This document shows positions 12,050-22,318 of a DNA stretch of 64,000 bases, piece by piece. The notes under the pieces are model-generated. The model was not told the DNA's origin and did not search any database. It worked only from the letters and a program-made list of their open reading frames with translations. This stretch comes from Azolla caroliniana (taxonomy: Eukaryota > Plantae > Polypodiophyta): contig JBHGNT010000016.1 in assembly GCA_043228905.1 (NCBI GenBank), positions 4,650,001 to 4,714,000 on the forward strand, in the 5' to 3' direction. A program made the position numbers and the translations under genes. Numbering within the stretch: position 1 is the stretch's first letter; each line of letters starts with the position of its first letter.

Positions 12050-13396
12050 CCGGGTTCCGTTTCTTCGTCCTTTGGTTCGTCCTCCGTTTCGGACTGTTCG
12101 CCTTCGCTGTCCACGCCTCCTAAATCCGGTTCGTCGTCGTGGCGCTTCTTGAACGCTTTGATCTGCTTCCCTGCTACCGGCATCGCCATCCTCGTACCGT
12201 CGAGTTCCGCCAGGTGATACGTCCCGTTGTCGTTGGCGCTCGTTACCACGTAAGGCCCGAACCACCGCTTCGCAAACTTCCGCGTTGGTCGGTGCTGGTT
12301 GTCGAGGCTGCTGTCGTAGATTAGCACCCAGTCGCCTTCCTCGATTTTCTTTGGCCGGAGCAGGCGCGGTCGGTCGAACCGGGCTTTGTTCTTCATCCTC
12401 GCCGTCCAAAGTCTCTCCGCCGCTCGTGCCACATCCTCTGGCCTCCGCTCGAGCTGTCGTATACGCGCCGCTAGCAATTCTTCCCGACCCATCTCGTCTC
12501 TCCAGTCGATAGTCGCCCAAGAGGAGATCGCCCGTTCCATCGGCATGATCGGCTTCTGTCCAAACATGAGCTCTGACGGCATGAACCCGGTTCCGAGCTG
12601 TGCGTTGTCCGGTCCGCCCACAAGGCATAGGGTAACAGTCGTGGCCAGTTCCAGACCTGTCCTTCGCACGCCTGGACTAGCGCTTTGATGATTGGCCCGT
12701 GCCCGCACTCCACCTTCCCGTTTGCCTCCGGATTGTACGCCGTGGTGAGCGAGAGCTTGACCCCTAACCGGTCGAACAGCTCCTTGGCCTCTTCGGCGTC
12801 CAACTCCCCTCGGTCAGCCACGATCTTCCCGATGCACCCGTACCGGCATATCACGTCCTCGATCAGGAACCGACACACGGCCGTGGTCGTTTTGTTCTGC
12901 AGGGCTCGGCCTTCCACCTGGTTCGTCAGGTCCTCTCGGGCCAGTACCAGATATCGCATCTACCCTATGCCCATCGGCATTGTCACCAGATCTACCATCC
13001 ATTTGAAGTGGATGGCCGGAGGGTCTGTAGGGTGAAGCTCGTCCCGATGTCGAACTATGGAGTGCATCTGACAGCTCTCACAAGTTGTCACGAACCGATG
13101 CACGTCCCGGTACAGTCCCGGCCACCAGTACTTCCCCTTTAGTTTCTCAAACGTGGCCCATGTTCCACGGTGTCCAGCCCAGGCGCTGTCGTGGTAGGCC
13201 TTCAGCAGCTCCTCCTGTTCCTCCTTCATCGCCACCACTCGGAGTGGGATGCCGTTTCTCTTCTTCGGGTGCTTCCACAAGTATCCACCCCGGAGAAAGA
13301 ATCGGTACGCTTTCTTCCGGATCCGGTTGGCCTCGTCCTTTGTCCATGACGCGTCTGGCGTCATTGTCCTTAAGAAACCTCCAATCTGCAGCCACT
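12050..13396 (-). pseudogene. gypsy C integrase (frameshifted)
   Basis: H..GHRG..CESCQ zinc finger, KWMVDL, ADRGE, TAYNPEANGKVE, RWFGPY GPY/F motif. Confidence 0.92.
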
Positions 13397-13853
13397 TGTT
13401 ACCCGGACCCGGACAGTTAGTTTTACCGAACAAGTGGGAAAGCGTCGAAAACGGAGTCGGTTCGGATCGACTGTTCGGATCAATGACTCAGCAGTAAACG
13501 AAGAGAACTAAGTTAGTTAGATAATTTTGTAATTCTTGATAGCAAGTAGGAATAGTTCTTGATGAGAAAAGACCTTCGGTATACCTATAAAAGGGAACCG
13601 AAGGCATTGTAAGAAAGGTCGTTTTATTTAGTAATATAAGTTTAAGTTAGGAATATCCTGTACGGATTCTGTGTTCTTTCTATTGTCTATGTTGTTAAGT
13701 GCAAGCTTCCTAATTTATAACTAAGTAACGATCACGGTAATTACCGATTAATATAGTATAATTCCGTTCGTAAAACACAATTCCTTGTTAGAACGTTGAG
13801 TAGCGATGTTCACTCTTCTGTATCGGTAGTAGTTAGTAATTAGCCGATTAACA
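13397..13853 (+). repeat. 5' LTR of gypsy D
   Basis: TGTTA...TAACA, repeat of 22319-22775. Confidence 0.97.
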
Positions 13854-13864
13854 CAGAAGAATTT

Positions 13865-13877
13865 TGGCACGCCCGGT
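13865..13877 (+). promoter_or_regulatory. PBS of element D, tRNA-Arg type
   Basis: TGGCACGCCCGGT, 11 nt after the 5' LTR. Complementary to a plant tRNA-Arg(UCU)-type 3' end GGGCGTGCCA (recalled sequence). Confidence 0.8.
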
Positions 13878-13912
13878 TACATCTGCAATTAAGCAGAGAA
13901 CAAATCGAATGG

Positions 13913-15526
13913 ATGTCGTATAAAGAGGAGACACCGGTCACTTGTAAGCGCCCTTGTACAAGGTCAGTTACGAAGGCAGTGCAGGAAGCGTTCATTGCGC
14001 AAGAACAGCCGGAATCAAGCACAAAGTGGTTGAAACTTCCTGACTTATCCGATCAATTACCTTCAGACGAAAAACAGACAGAAGAGGTATCGTTTTACGA
14101 CATTTGGGACGATATGCCTTATACTTATTCTAAGTTCCGGGAAGGAACAGATGCGGAAGCACATGTTAGGGATTTCTTAACGACATGGGAGATTAACCAT
14201 GGAGCTCAGCGATTGTCGGGAGATGCCGAAGATAAGTCAAAAATCGCTGAGTTCGTCTTATCATTAGACGGATATTCTGCCAATTGGTTTGCGCAGAACG
14301 GTCTTCAAGGATTTCCATCCTTTGAAGTGTTAACTAGTAAATTTTTACAATTATTTCATCAACAAATTCCGCAGAAGGATTTGATTGCACAATTTTATGC
14401 GTTATATCAAGAAAAAAATGAAACAGTATCTCAGTTTGTGATACGATTTCAGAACTTACAGCTTCAGATTTCAAGGCCGATTCCGGATAATGAATTAAAA
14501 GAAGTCTTTCTGGAAGCTGTAAAAGAACCATTAAGGACGACATTGAAAGTGTTCGATTTTCGAAATCAGACTATCGAACAAGTAATTGATAAAGCAATAG
14601 AAATGGGTCAACCACCGGTCAATGTTCAGAGTATGGACATGTCGGCATTACACCGTACATTACCGACAATAGAGGAGTTACAATTTCGACAAGCAGTTCA
14701 ATGCACCACTTGTTTAAATACGGGGCATTCGGCAATTGAATGTATGTTAAGAACACATTGTACAATATGTCATTCAAAGTTACATTCAGTAGAACAATGT
14801 GAATATAATCTGCTTAATAAGACTACGGCGTCAGTACGACAAATTTATACTGACAATGGTTACCAAAATAACAATAATCTGTTCAATGGTTATCAAAATA
14901 ATAATTTTTCACAAAATCAGCAAAATGTACAACAAAATCCGGTTCTACAGCCAAATCAGATCTTTTCACAACAAAATATGCAACCCACTCAGGTGACTCA
15001 AGCATTTCAACCAGGTTTTGCTCAATCCAACCCACCATTCATACAGAATCCGAATCAATATTCTCAACAAAATAATCAAAGTTTCCAACAAGGTAACCCA
15101 CCATTTCAAGGGTTTCAACAGAATTGTCCGAATGTGCAACCGAATTCTACATTTCAACCAAATCCGGCATTTCAATCGGGTAATATGACCTTTCAACATA
15201 ATACTCAAACCGTTCCACAAAATAATCAAATGTTTCAACAGAATAATTTTCCGCCAAATCAGGAGTTCGGGATAACACAAAATGTAGCACAACCAAATGA
15301 TAATACTGAACAATTTAGGCAGAATTGGTATAAAAACAAGAGATTTTACAAACCAAAAGCTACACGTCAATACCAACAAAACCCGAGTGGTAATGAAGAG
15401 CAGCAATTTAATAACGGCCAATTTGCACATGGAGAGACCAGTGCAACATTTGTACCCACTTGTTATATTTGTCGACAACTAGGCCATTATGCTAATCAAT
15501 GTCCGGTTAAAGGGTCCAGCAGTTAA
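13913..15526 (+). CDS. gag: Gag of element D (537 aa), three CCHC knuckles and Q/N-rich region
   Basis: Retrotrans_gag-like core (LYQEKNETVSQFVIRF). Knuckles CTTCLNTGHSAIEC, CTICHSKLHSVEQC and CYICRQLGHYANQC. Confidence 0.93.
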   Translation: MSYKEETPVTCKRPCTRSVTKAVQEAFIAQEQPESSTKWLKLPDLSDQLPSDEKQTEEVSFYDIWDDMPYTYSKFREGTDAEAHVRDFLTTWEINHGAQRLSGDAEDKSKIAEFVLSLDGYSANWFAQNGLQGFPSFEVLTSKFLQLFHQQIPQKDLIAQFYALYQEKNETVSQFVIRFQNLQLQISRPIPDNELKEVFLEAVKEPLRTTLKVFDFRNQTIEQVIDKAIEMGQPPVNVQSMDMSALHRTLPTIEELQFRQAVQCTTCLNTGHSAIECMLRTHCTICHSKLHSVEQCEYNLLNKTTASVRQIYTDNGYQNNNNLFNGYQNNNFSQNQQNVQQNPVLQPNQIFSQQNMQPTQVTQAFQPGFAQSNPPFIQNPNQYSQQNNQSFQQGNPPFQGFQQNCPNVQPNSTFQPNPAFQSGNMTFQHNTQTVPQNNQMFQQNNFPPNQEFGITQNVAQPNDNTEQFRQNWYKNKRFYKPKATRQYQQNPSGNEEQQFNNGQFAHGETSATFVPTCYICRQLGHYANQCPVKGSSS

Positions 15527-18500
15527 TATGGTAATACCGGAAGTTCAGCAAGTAACGACACGCAGCAAAAGCAAACAATCAGAGTGGGAAATTCAGGAAG
15601 AAGTTCGGAAGGCGGCAAAAGAATGGGTGGACGAAGCAAATCAAAGTAATGTGAATCGAATGTTACAAGACAATAACATTGACCAGAACATCGTTGTACA
15701 ACAGTCATTGGGGAATAAGGAACAGGAAGAAACTTGGAAACTGTTGGCTGATTGCCAAGTGTCATTACCACTTACGGGCTTACTTAAGTTAGTACCAAGG
15801 TTTACAGAAAAAGTGGCAGCATTAATTGCATATAAAGGTTCCGAACAAATAGCAGTACACTACAATCAGCCAAGTAATAACCCTTCGATCATGGATGAAC
15901 AGAATCCGTCGATTAAGGTAATACTTTACGGGCAAGAAATCGGAAATGTGATTATAGATGGAGGCTCGGGTGTTAATGTGATTAACAAAACTACATGTGA
16001 AAAACTGGGAATCACGGAATGGGAAGCATGTCCGTTTTGGTTACGAATGGCAGATACAAGTACGGTACGACCGATTGGTTTGCTTCGACAACTGGATGTA
16101 ATAATCGGGGGACACAGTTTTCAGATTTCGGCAGTAATTTTGCAGTTAGAAACACAGGGAGCATACCCCTTGTTATTGGGGAGACCATGGTTAAAGACAG
16201 CTAATATTAAACAAAATTGGAAACAAAATGTGCTAACATTTAGGAAAGGAAAAACTAAGGTCAGGATTCCGACGCACAACAAAGTGACAACAAGCAAACA
16301 GAGTTTACCTGTACATGCAGAAGCAGTTAATATGATGGAAGGATTGGACGAGGAAGAAGAAAGTCAGTATTTCGATGATAATCAGAAAATCATCCCTCTA
16401 TTTGAGGTAGATATTTTGCAAGCATTAACACCATATGTAGACTCACACGAAGAAGTGCCAATAGATGAGCAAACAATGAAAGAAATACGAATGCAACAAG
16501 AAGCTACAGATAAGGAAATGAAGGTATCTCAGAGAGTGCAAGCCTCAGCATTGGAGGAGATCGATTTGGCAGGAGTAGAGGATGCTGAAAGAAAAACAGT
16601 CTTGATTGCTAGAGATTTGGCAGAAAATGACAAACGGACATTAACAACATTACTATTACAATATAAAGATGTTTTTGCATGGTCGTTTGACGATATGAAA
16701 GGTCTGGATCCCGCTTTTTGTCAACATCAAATCAATTTGCATAAAGATGCAAAGCCAGTACAACAACGCAGGTACAGGTTGAATCCGAATTATGCTATCA
16801 AAGTAAAAGAAGAAATCGATAAACTCTTAAAAGTAGGATTTATTCGACCCGTCAAAAAATCAACATGGCTGAGTCCGATAGTAGTAGTCCCGAAAAAGAA
16901 TGGGAAAATTCGCGTATGTGTGGATTACAGAAAATTGAATGCAGCGACAATTACGGATGCGTTTCCGTTGCCATTCACAGATGGGATATTAGATGCAGTA
17001 GCAGGACATGAAATTTATAGTTTCTTGGATGGGTTCAGTGGGTACAACCAAGTACGGATGAATCCGGAAGATCAGGAAAAGACAACTTTCGTCACAGAAT
17101 GGGGTGTCTTTGTGGCAGTAGTAATGATGTTCGGTTTAAAAACAGCTCCAGCTACATTTCAGCGGGTAATACAGGAAATATTCGGGGAATATATTCCAGC
17201 TTTCATGCAGGTGTTTTTAGATGATTTTGCAGTATATAGTCGGAAAGCTGATCATTTTGAGCATTTACAGCTATGTTTAGAAAAATGTCGAAAAGGGCGT
17301 CTTAGCTTAAATCCAGCCAAATGCACATTCGGAGTAATGAGTGGTACGTTACTTGGGCATATTGTTAGTCAAGAAGGGATTGCAGTGGACCCAGACAAAG
17401 TTAAAGCAATTATTGAGGCAACACCACCAACAAATGCTAAAGCTCTAAGTAGATTTTTGGGTCAAATTCGGTGGCACAGTAGAATGATGAGATATCTAGC
17501 AGACATTGCTATTCCGTTACACACAGCAGTACACAAAGTTCCTTTTATATGGACAAGTATAGAACAAGATGCATACGAATGTCTCAAGAAGATGCTGACG
17601 AAGGTTCCGGTAGTTCAACCACCGGACTGGAACAAACCATTTCATGTTTTCGTCGATGCGTCGGACATTGCCATAGGCAGTGCTTTAATGCAATTATCCG
17701 AACCAAACTGGTATAGGCCGGTATACTATGCCAGTAGGAAACTTTCGTCGGCCGAAAGAAACTATTCAACAACCGAAAGAGAAGCTTTGGGAATGATATA
17801 TAGTGTGAACAAATTTCGACATTACCTTTTGGGTAAGAAATTTACATTTCATGTGGATCATTCGGCTCTACTATATCTAGTTTCCAAACAAGAATTGACA
17901 GGCAAGTTAGCCAGATGGACGTTATTGCTTCAAGAGTTTGAATTCGACATTATACATCGACCAGGAGCACAGCACGCGATTGCTGACTATCTCAGTCGGC
18001 TTGAGTCTAGAGAAGAAGTGGTTGGGGTTAAAGATGATTTTCCAGATACTCAATTATTTCGGGTTGAGGCAGTAAAAGCACAAGAAGTGAATGAGGAAAA
18101 AGAGGATGAATGGATTTCCGAAATGACGATATTTCTATCAACAGGAATTCCGGCCGAACACATGTCGACAGATGAAAGAAAAAGAATTGCAGTACGAAGT
18201 CGGAATTTTTGTTTATTTAATGACATGTTGTATCATAAAGGAGCGGATGGAATATGGCGAAGGGTAGTACAGAAATTTGAAAAATCAGCCATATTAACAG
18301 AGTCACATTGTGGAATTGCTGGCGGTCATTACGCAGGAGAAGCAACAACCAGAAAAATATGGAATAGCGGGTTATGGTGGCCAACGGTGATGAAAGATGC
18401 TAACGAATACTGTAAGAAATGCGATTTGTGTCAAAGAATGGGGCAACCAACCGAAAAGGATCGAATGCCTTTTCAACCGGTTTTACCTCTTGAGCCATTT

Positions 18501-19400
18501 CAGAAATGGGGCTTAGATTTTGTTGGCCCATTCAAACCAGCAGCTGCAAGAACCGGTAATCGATATATCATAATTGCGACTGACTATTGCACAAAATGGG
18601 TTGAAGCAAAAGGTCTCAGGGACAATACAGCAGCATCCACAGCAAAATTCCTGTATGAAAATATATGGTGTCGATTTGGTTGCCCAATAGAATTGGTAAG
18701 CGATCAAGGCACTCATTTTATTAACAAGTTAATTAACGAATTAACCAATTACTATGCCGTAGTTCATAAGAAAAGTACGCCTTACTATCCCCAAGCTAAT
18801 GGATTGGCAGAATCGACAAATAAAACAATTCAAACAATTTTAAAGAAGATAGTGAATGAAAATCGTACTGATTGGGATCAAAAGTTAAATAGTGCATTAT
18901 GGGCATATCGTACTTCGTACAAAACATCCATTAAATCAACACCTTTCCGAATGGCATTCGGACTTGAAGCCGTTATGCCGATCGAATTTCAAATTCCGAC
19001 ACTTCGTATCCAAGCGACGAATAAGTTAAATGAAATAGAATCGGAGCAGATTCGCAAAGAGGCTTTATTAGTATTAGAAGAAGAACGGATTCAATCAATG
19101 TCAGCACTAGAAAACAAGCAGAGACAAATCAAGGCATTCGTAAATCGACATCGAAGGAAATCGGAAGAGCAATTCGAAATTGGGAAACCGGTATTGGTAT
19201 TCCAGACGAGAATGGGACTTATGCCTGGGAAACTCCGGTATAGATGGACAGGTCCAGTATGGATAATTAATAGTAAAAATGGTACGTATCAGTTGGGATC
19301 ATTAACCGGAGAGGTTTTACCGAAATGGGTAAATGGATTCCGGCTTAAACCGTATTTGGGAGATATGCCGGTAAATCCGTTTATTCAAACGGAAGAGTAA
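15489..19400 (+). CDS. pol: Pol of element D: protease-RT-RNase H-integrase (1303-aa open frame)
   Basis: IIDGGSGVN, FLDGFSGYNQ, VFLDDF, VDASD..YYASRKL, GHY..CDLCQ, KWGLDFVGP, SDQGTHF, RWTGP. In the +1 frame relative to gag. Confidence 0.96.
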   Translation: MLINVRLKGPAVNMVIPEVQQVTTRSKSKQSEWEIQEEVRKAAKEWVDEANQSNVNRMLQDNNIDQNIVVQQSLGNKEQEETWKLLADCQVSLPLTGLLKLVPRFTEKVAALIAYKGSEQIAVHYNQPSNNPSIMDEQNPSIKVILYGQEIGNVIIDGGSGVNVINKTTCEKLGITEWEACPFWLRMADTSTVRPIGLLRQLDVIIGGHSFQISAVILQLETQGAYPLLLGRPWLKTANIKQNWKQNVLTFRKGKTKVRIPTHNKVTTSKQSLPVHAEAVNMMEGLDEEEESQYFDDNQKIIPLFEVDILQALTPYVDSHEEVPIDEQTMKEIRMQQEATDKEMKVSQRVQASALEEIDLAGVEDAERKTVLIARDLAENDKRTLTTLLLQYKDVFAWSFDDMKGLDPAFCQHQINLHKDAKPVQQRRYRLNPNYAIKVKEEIDKLLKVGFIRPVKKSTWLSPIVVVPKKNGKIRVCVDYRKLNAATITDAFPLPFTDGILDAVAGHEIYSFLDGFSGYNQVRMNPEDQEKTTFVTEWGVFVAVVMMFGLKTAPATFQRVIQEIFGEYIPAFMQVFLDDFAVYSRKADHFEHLQLCLEKCRKGRLSLNPAKCTFGVMSGTLLGHIVSQEGIAVDPDKVKAIIEATPPTNAKALSRFLGQIRWHSRMMRYLADIAIPLHTAVHKVPFIWTSIEQDAYECLKKMLTKVPVVQPPDWNKPFHVFVDASDIAIGSALMQLSEPNWYRPVYYASRKLSSAERNYSTTEREALGMIYSVNKFRHYLLGKKFTFHVDHSALLYLVSKQELTGKLARWTLLLQEFEFDIIHRPGAQHAIADYLSRLESREEVVGVKDDFPDTQLFRVEAVKAQEVNEEKEDEWISEMTIFLSTGIPAEHMSTDERKRIAVRSRNFCLFNDMLYHKGADGIWRRVVQKFEKSAILTESHCGIAGGHYAGEATTRKIWNSGLWWPTVMKDANEYCKKCDLCQRMGQPTEKDRMPFQPVLPLEPFQKWGLDFVGPFKPAAARTGNRYIIIATDYCTKWVEAKGLRDNTAASTAKFLYENIWCRFGCPIELVSDQGTHFINKLINELTNYYAVVHKKSTPYYPQANGLAESTNKTIQTILKKIVNENRTDWDQKLNSALWAYRTSYKTSIKSTPFRMAFGLEAVMPIEFQIPTLRIQATNKLNEIESEQIRKEALLVLEEERIQSMSALENKQRQIKAFVNRHRRKSEEQFEIGKPVLVFQTRMGLMPGKLRYRWTGPVWIINSKNGTYQLGSLTGEVLPKWVNGFRLKPYLGDMPVNPFIQTEE

Positions 19401-19421
19401 AAAAAAAAAAAAAAAAAAAAA
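19399..19421 (+). repeat. poly(A) tract (23 nt) starting in the pol stop codon
   Basis: GAGTAAAAAAA... directly visible. Confidence 0.95.
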
Positions 19422-19602
19422 CTAACTAACTCACTCAATAGTTCTTGTCAAATGCAGAAATACAATCTTGCCATAACAGTCTGAATCGACTATAAATAGA
19501 AAGAGGAATTACATGATTATTAGTAAGTAGTACAACCACTACACGAAGAGTGAATACTAATTAATTCCTACATTAATAGCAATTACTATTCTTTAAGTCA
19601 TC

Positions 19603-21474
19603 ATGCATAAGTTAATATCTTTAAAGCATATTTCTGTATCGTCTGTGTCGCCAAAACAACAGAAACGAGTGCAGATATCGAAACAGTCTGAGCCTTCGTG
19701 CCCTAGTTTGCCCAAACTCTGTTTTTCTGATTTTCATCGCTACAGAAGCTGTGCAGATCTCCAACCGTCATCGACAAGTGATTCAGAACAAGCAAACACA
19801 GAAGTCATGCCGATTCCTGTGTCTGAAGAACTGCGATTGTGGCTTCATGAGAGAAACTTACAAGGTTTCATCAAAGTAGCAGAAGCGGAACCTCATCCGC
19901 AGGCGGAAGAATTGGTACAACAAATAGACATCACCAAAATCACCACAAAGAAAATACGAAATGCATTACAGATGCCAAGAGGAGGCTTTGAGGCAGTTAA
20001 AAAACCTTCATCAGAAGCACTCCAATCATATTTCGGGGAATACTCACCCTCGGCAAAAGCATATCAGACTTATGGAGGTAGGGATGAGTTTTTCCATGAA
20101 GTGGCTAGATTTTTATTAGAGGTGGGATTTGTCAGTCCTCGTTTTTATTGTATGCCGAAAAAAAGGGCTGGGTTTATCATAGCCGCATACGAAAAAGAGG
20201 ATTTCAACTGGCCACTATTGTCGGGGGAAGCTCTGAGAGAGCAGCTACAAGGGGTAAAAACAGGAAAACCGATGAAGCAAATTTTTGGTCGTTGGATATC
20301 GGTATTGTTTCCGATTCAAGAATCGGAAACTCCTGTTCAGTCAAGAAGACCACCGATAGTACAAGCACCGCGAAGACACCGACAAGTAGTACATGAAGAA
20401 TGGATAGAGGAAGAATCGGCACATGCCGATAATATACAAACGAATATGCCTCAGTCGGAACCACCAAGACCAGAGAATTCCGAAAACAGGCAACCAACAG
20501 CCGAACAAGAAACAGTTGAAAATTTGATAAACAAGCAACAGCCGACAAAAAATCGACAACAAGCAGAGAAGATGCGACAAAGGACAAGGATTAAACAAAA
20601 GGCTAATCGGCAATTCCAACCAGAAAACAGTGAGGGGTCAGCACCGAAAAGGCAACGCACAAAGGAAAATTCGAATACGCCTGTAGTAGCAGAAGTAATA
20701 AAACCAGGGAATGAGAGCGTTTCGACACAACCTCAACAAGGACAATCTTCAAAAGTAGCAATTCGGGAAGCACATGGGTACTTGGATATTCCACCAGCAG
20801 CACATGAATTAGCTGCCATTTTACAGTTCGGAACTTCATACGAACTGGTTGAATGGTTGGCTAAAAGACTGACAGAAGTATCAGAACGGCTGGCTCAAGA
20901 ACATAATGACCGAATAATGATACAGAAAGCCTTACGAGGAGTGTTGGAACCTCAAGAAAAAGCAGAGATAGAGAAAATCGGCCGGAAAAGAAGTGCACAG
21001 AATAGAGGGGAGGCTATTGAAATGCCACCATTACATGAAGCACTGGTTGAAATTCATAAAGAATATGAAACGGCACGCAAAGCGGCCAGTGATATGGCTG
21101 AAAGATACAAAAGTGTATCAGCATCGGCGGAGGTGCTGAAACATCAGTTTTGTAACATACAGGCAGAAAATAAAGAACTAAAAGAAAGTCTGAACAAATG
21201 GGAAACACAGGCACGGCTTATGGTGTCGGAGTCAGAATGGCAGCAGAAATTGGAGGACGCTGAGAAAGCACGTCAAGCAGAAACAACAAGGGCCAACAAT
21301 GTTGTATTTCGAACTACAGAATTAGAAAAACAAATAGAAACCATTCAGAATGGTCAATACAAAGTTCTCGAAGAAAAAAATCAATTAATAAACGAATTAC
21401 AGAAAAATCTAGAAGAAGCTAAGACGGCCAATCATACATATACCGAACAAATTGAAGATTCGAAAGGTATATAG
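19603..21474 (+). CDS. extra 3' ORF of element D, part 1 (623 aa; plant-mobile/Transposase_32-like N-terminus, disordered middle, coiled coil)
   Basis: Long sense ORF between pol and the 3' LTR. ITTKKIRNALQMPRGG and EDFNWPLL..EALREQL resemble PMD-like motifs (inference). E/K/Q heptad-rich C-terminus. Confidence 0.8.
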   Translation: MHKLISLKHISVSSVSPKQQKRVQISKQSEPSCPSLPKLCFSDFHRYRSCADLQPSSTSDSEQANTEVMPIPVSEELRLWLHERNLQGFIKVAEAEPHPQAEELVQQIDITKITTKKIRNALQMPRGGFEAVKKPSSEALQSYFGEYSPSAKAYQTYGGRDEFFHEVARFLLEVGFVSPRFYCMPKKRAGFIIAAYEKEDFNWPLLSGEALREQLQGVKTGKPMKQIFGRWISVLFPIQESETPVQSRRPPIVQAPRRHRQVVHEEWIEEESAHADNIQTNMPQSEPPRPENSENRQPTAEQETVENLINKQQPTKNRQQAEKMRQRTRIKQKANRQFQPENSEGSAPKRQRTKENSNTPVVAEVIKPGNESVSTQPQQGQSSKVAIREAHGYLDIPPAAHELAAILQFGTSYELVEWLAKRLTEVSERLAQEHNDRIMIQKALRGVLEPQEKAEIEKIGRKRSAQNRGEAIEMPPLHEALVEIHKEYETARKAASDMAERYKSVSASAEVLKHQFCNIQAENKELKESLNKWETQARLMVSESEWQQKLEDAEKARQAETTRANNVVFRTTELEKQIETIQNGQYKVLEEKNQLINELQKNLEEAKTANHTYTEQIEDSKGI

Positions 21475-22274
21475 TGTCACAGGAAAGTCAATTGACAGAA
21501 AAAGAGCGGAGTCTTGAAGAAGTCAACAGAAGAATTACGGAACAGGAGGAGGAATGGAGCAAAGAGAAATCGGCATTCGAACAACAACTGGACGAAATTC
21601 GAAAGATATCGGAACAAAGACGGCTGGATATATATGTAGTCGAATCCAAACTAATGCGAGCTGAAAGTGAGAACCGAACCACTATTACGGATTTACGGAA
21701 AGAGTTGCAAACCGCCCAATACGTCGCAAGCATCACTAGGGACAAAGTGCAGCACATCATAGGGAAACATCGAAACCTAGCAAAGAAAATGATCGATGAA
21801 TCCCTTGCGCAAGGATGGAAGTTATGGACGGCACAAGCGGCGGAATTACAGTTATTGTGTGCCGACAAAAATAACCGTCAGGTCCAAGGTGCAGGTTTTT
21901 TTAAAATGGCACAAAAGGATATTGACAATATCCAAGAGGATATCATGAAAGATATGGACGAAATTGCGGCATTTTACAGAGAAGAAATTCAACGTATTAT
22001 GAAAGAATTCGACAAAAATGATATAGGCACTTCCGTCCAGTTGGATAAAATCGAAGCCGAAAGAACCAGCAAGACTCCTGGTCTTCAAGCTCCCGGAAGA
22101 AGTGAACCAGAGCAGCCAACCGAATCACAACATTCAAAACTTGCTCCGAATGACGACTGTGACACAGATGAAGATGAAGATGAAGAGGAAGATATAGGTG
22201 GAATACATCCAAGGCCAGAAGAGCCTTCGATTTTTGATATTCTGAACGATTCGGATGAAGAGCTACAGGAATAG
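21474..22274 (+). CDS. extra 3' ORF of element D, part 2 (266 aa coiled coil + acidic tail; probably frameshifted continuation of part 1)
   Basis: Begins at a GTG overlapping the TAG of part 1. Same coiled-coil composition. Stops 44 nt before the 3' LTR. Confidence 0.75.
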   Translation: MSQESQLTEKERSLEEVNRRITEQEEEWSKEKSAFEQQLDEIRKISEQRRLDIYVVESKLMRAESENRTTITDLRKELQTAQYVASITRDKVQHIIGKHRNLAKKMIDESLAQGWKLWTAQAAELQLLCADKNNRQVQGAGFFKMAQKDIDNIQEDIMKDMDEIAAFYREEIQRIMKEFDKNDIGTSVQLDKIEAERTSKTPGLQAPGRSEPEQPTESQHSKLAPNDDCDTDEDEDEEEDIGGIHPRPEEPSIFDILNDSDEELQE

Positions 22275-22276
22275 GC

Positions 22277-22316
22277 GTGGGTTCGCTGGACAAGGTCCTG
22301 GCCCACAGGCGTGCCA
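22277..22316 (+). other. tRNA 3'-end mimic / inverted PBS in place of the PPT
   Basis: GTGGGTTCG-CTGGACAAGGTCCTGG-CCCACAGGCGTGCCA then AG|TG(LTR). Minus strand reads CA|CT|TGGCACGCCTGTGGG. Confidence 0.75.
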
Positions 22317-22318
22317 AG

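Noticed and set aside
22250-22275. purine-rich GATGAAGAGCTACAGGAATAGG as the PPT of D
   Set aside because: Interrupted by pyrimidines, inside the ORF and over 40 nt from the LTR edge, so it cannot define the LTR start as a canonical PPT does.
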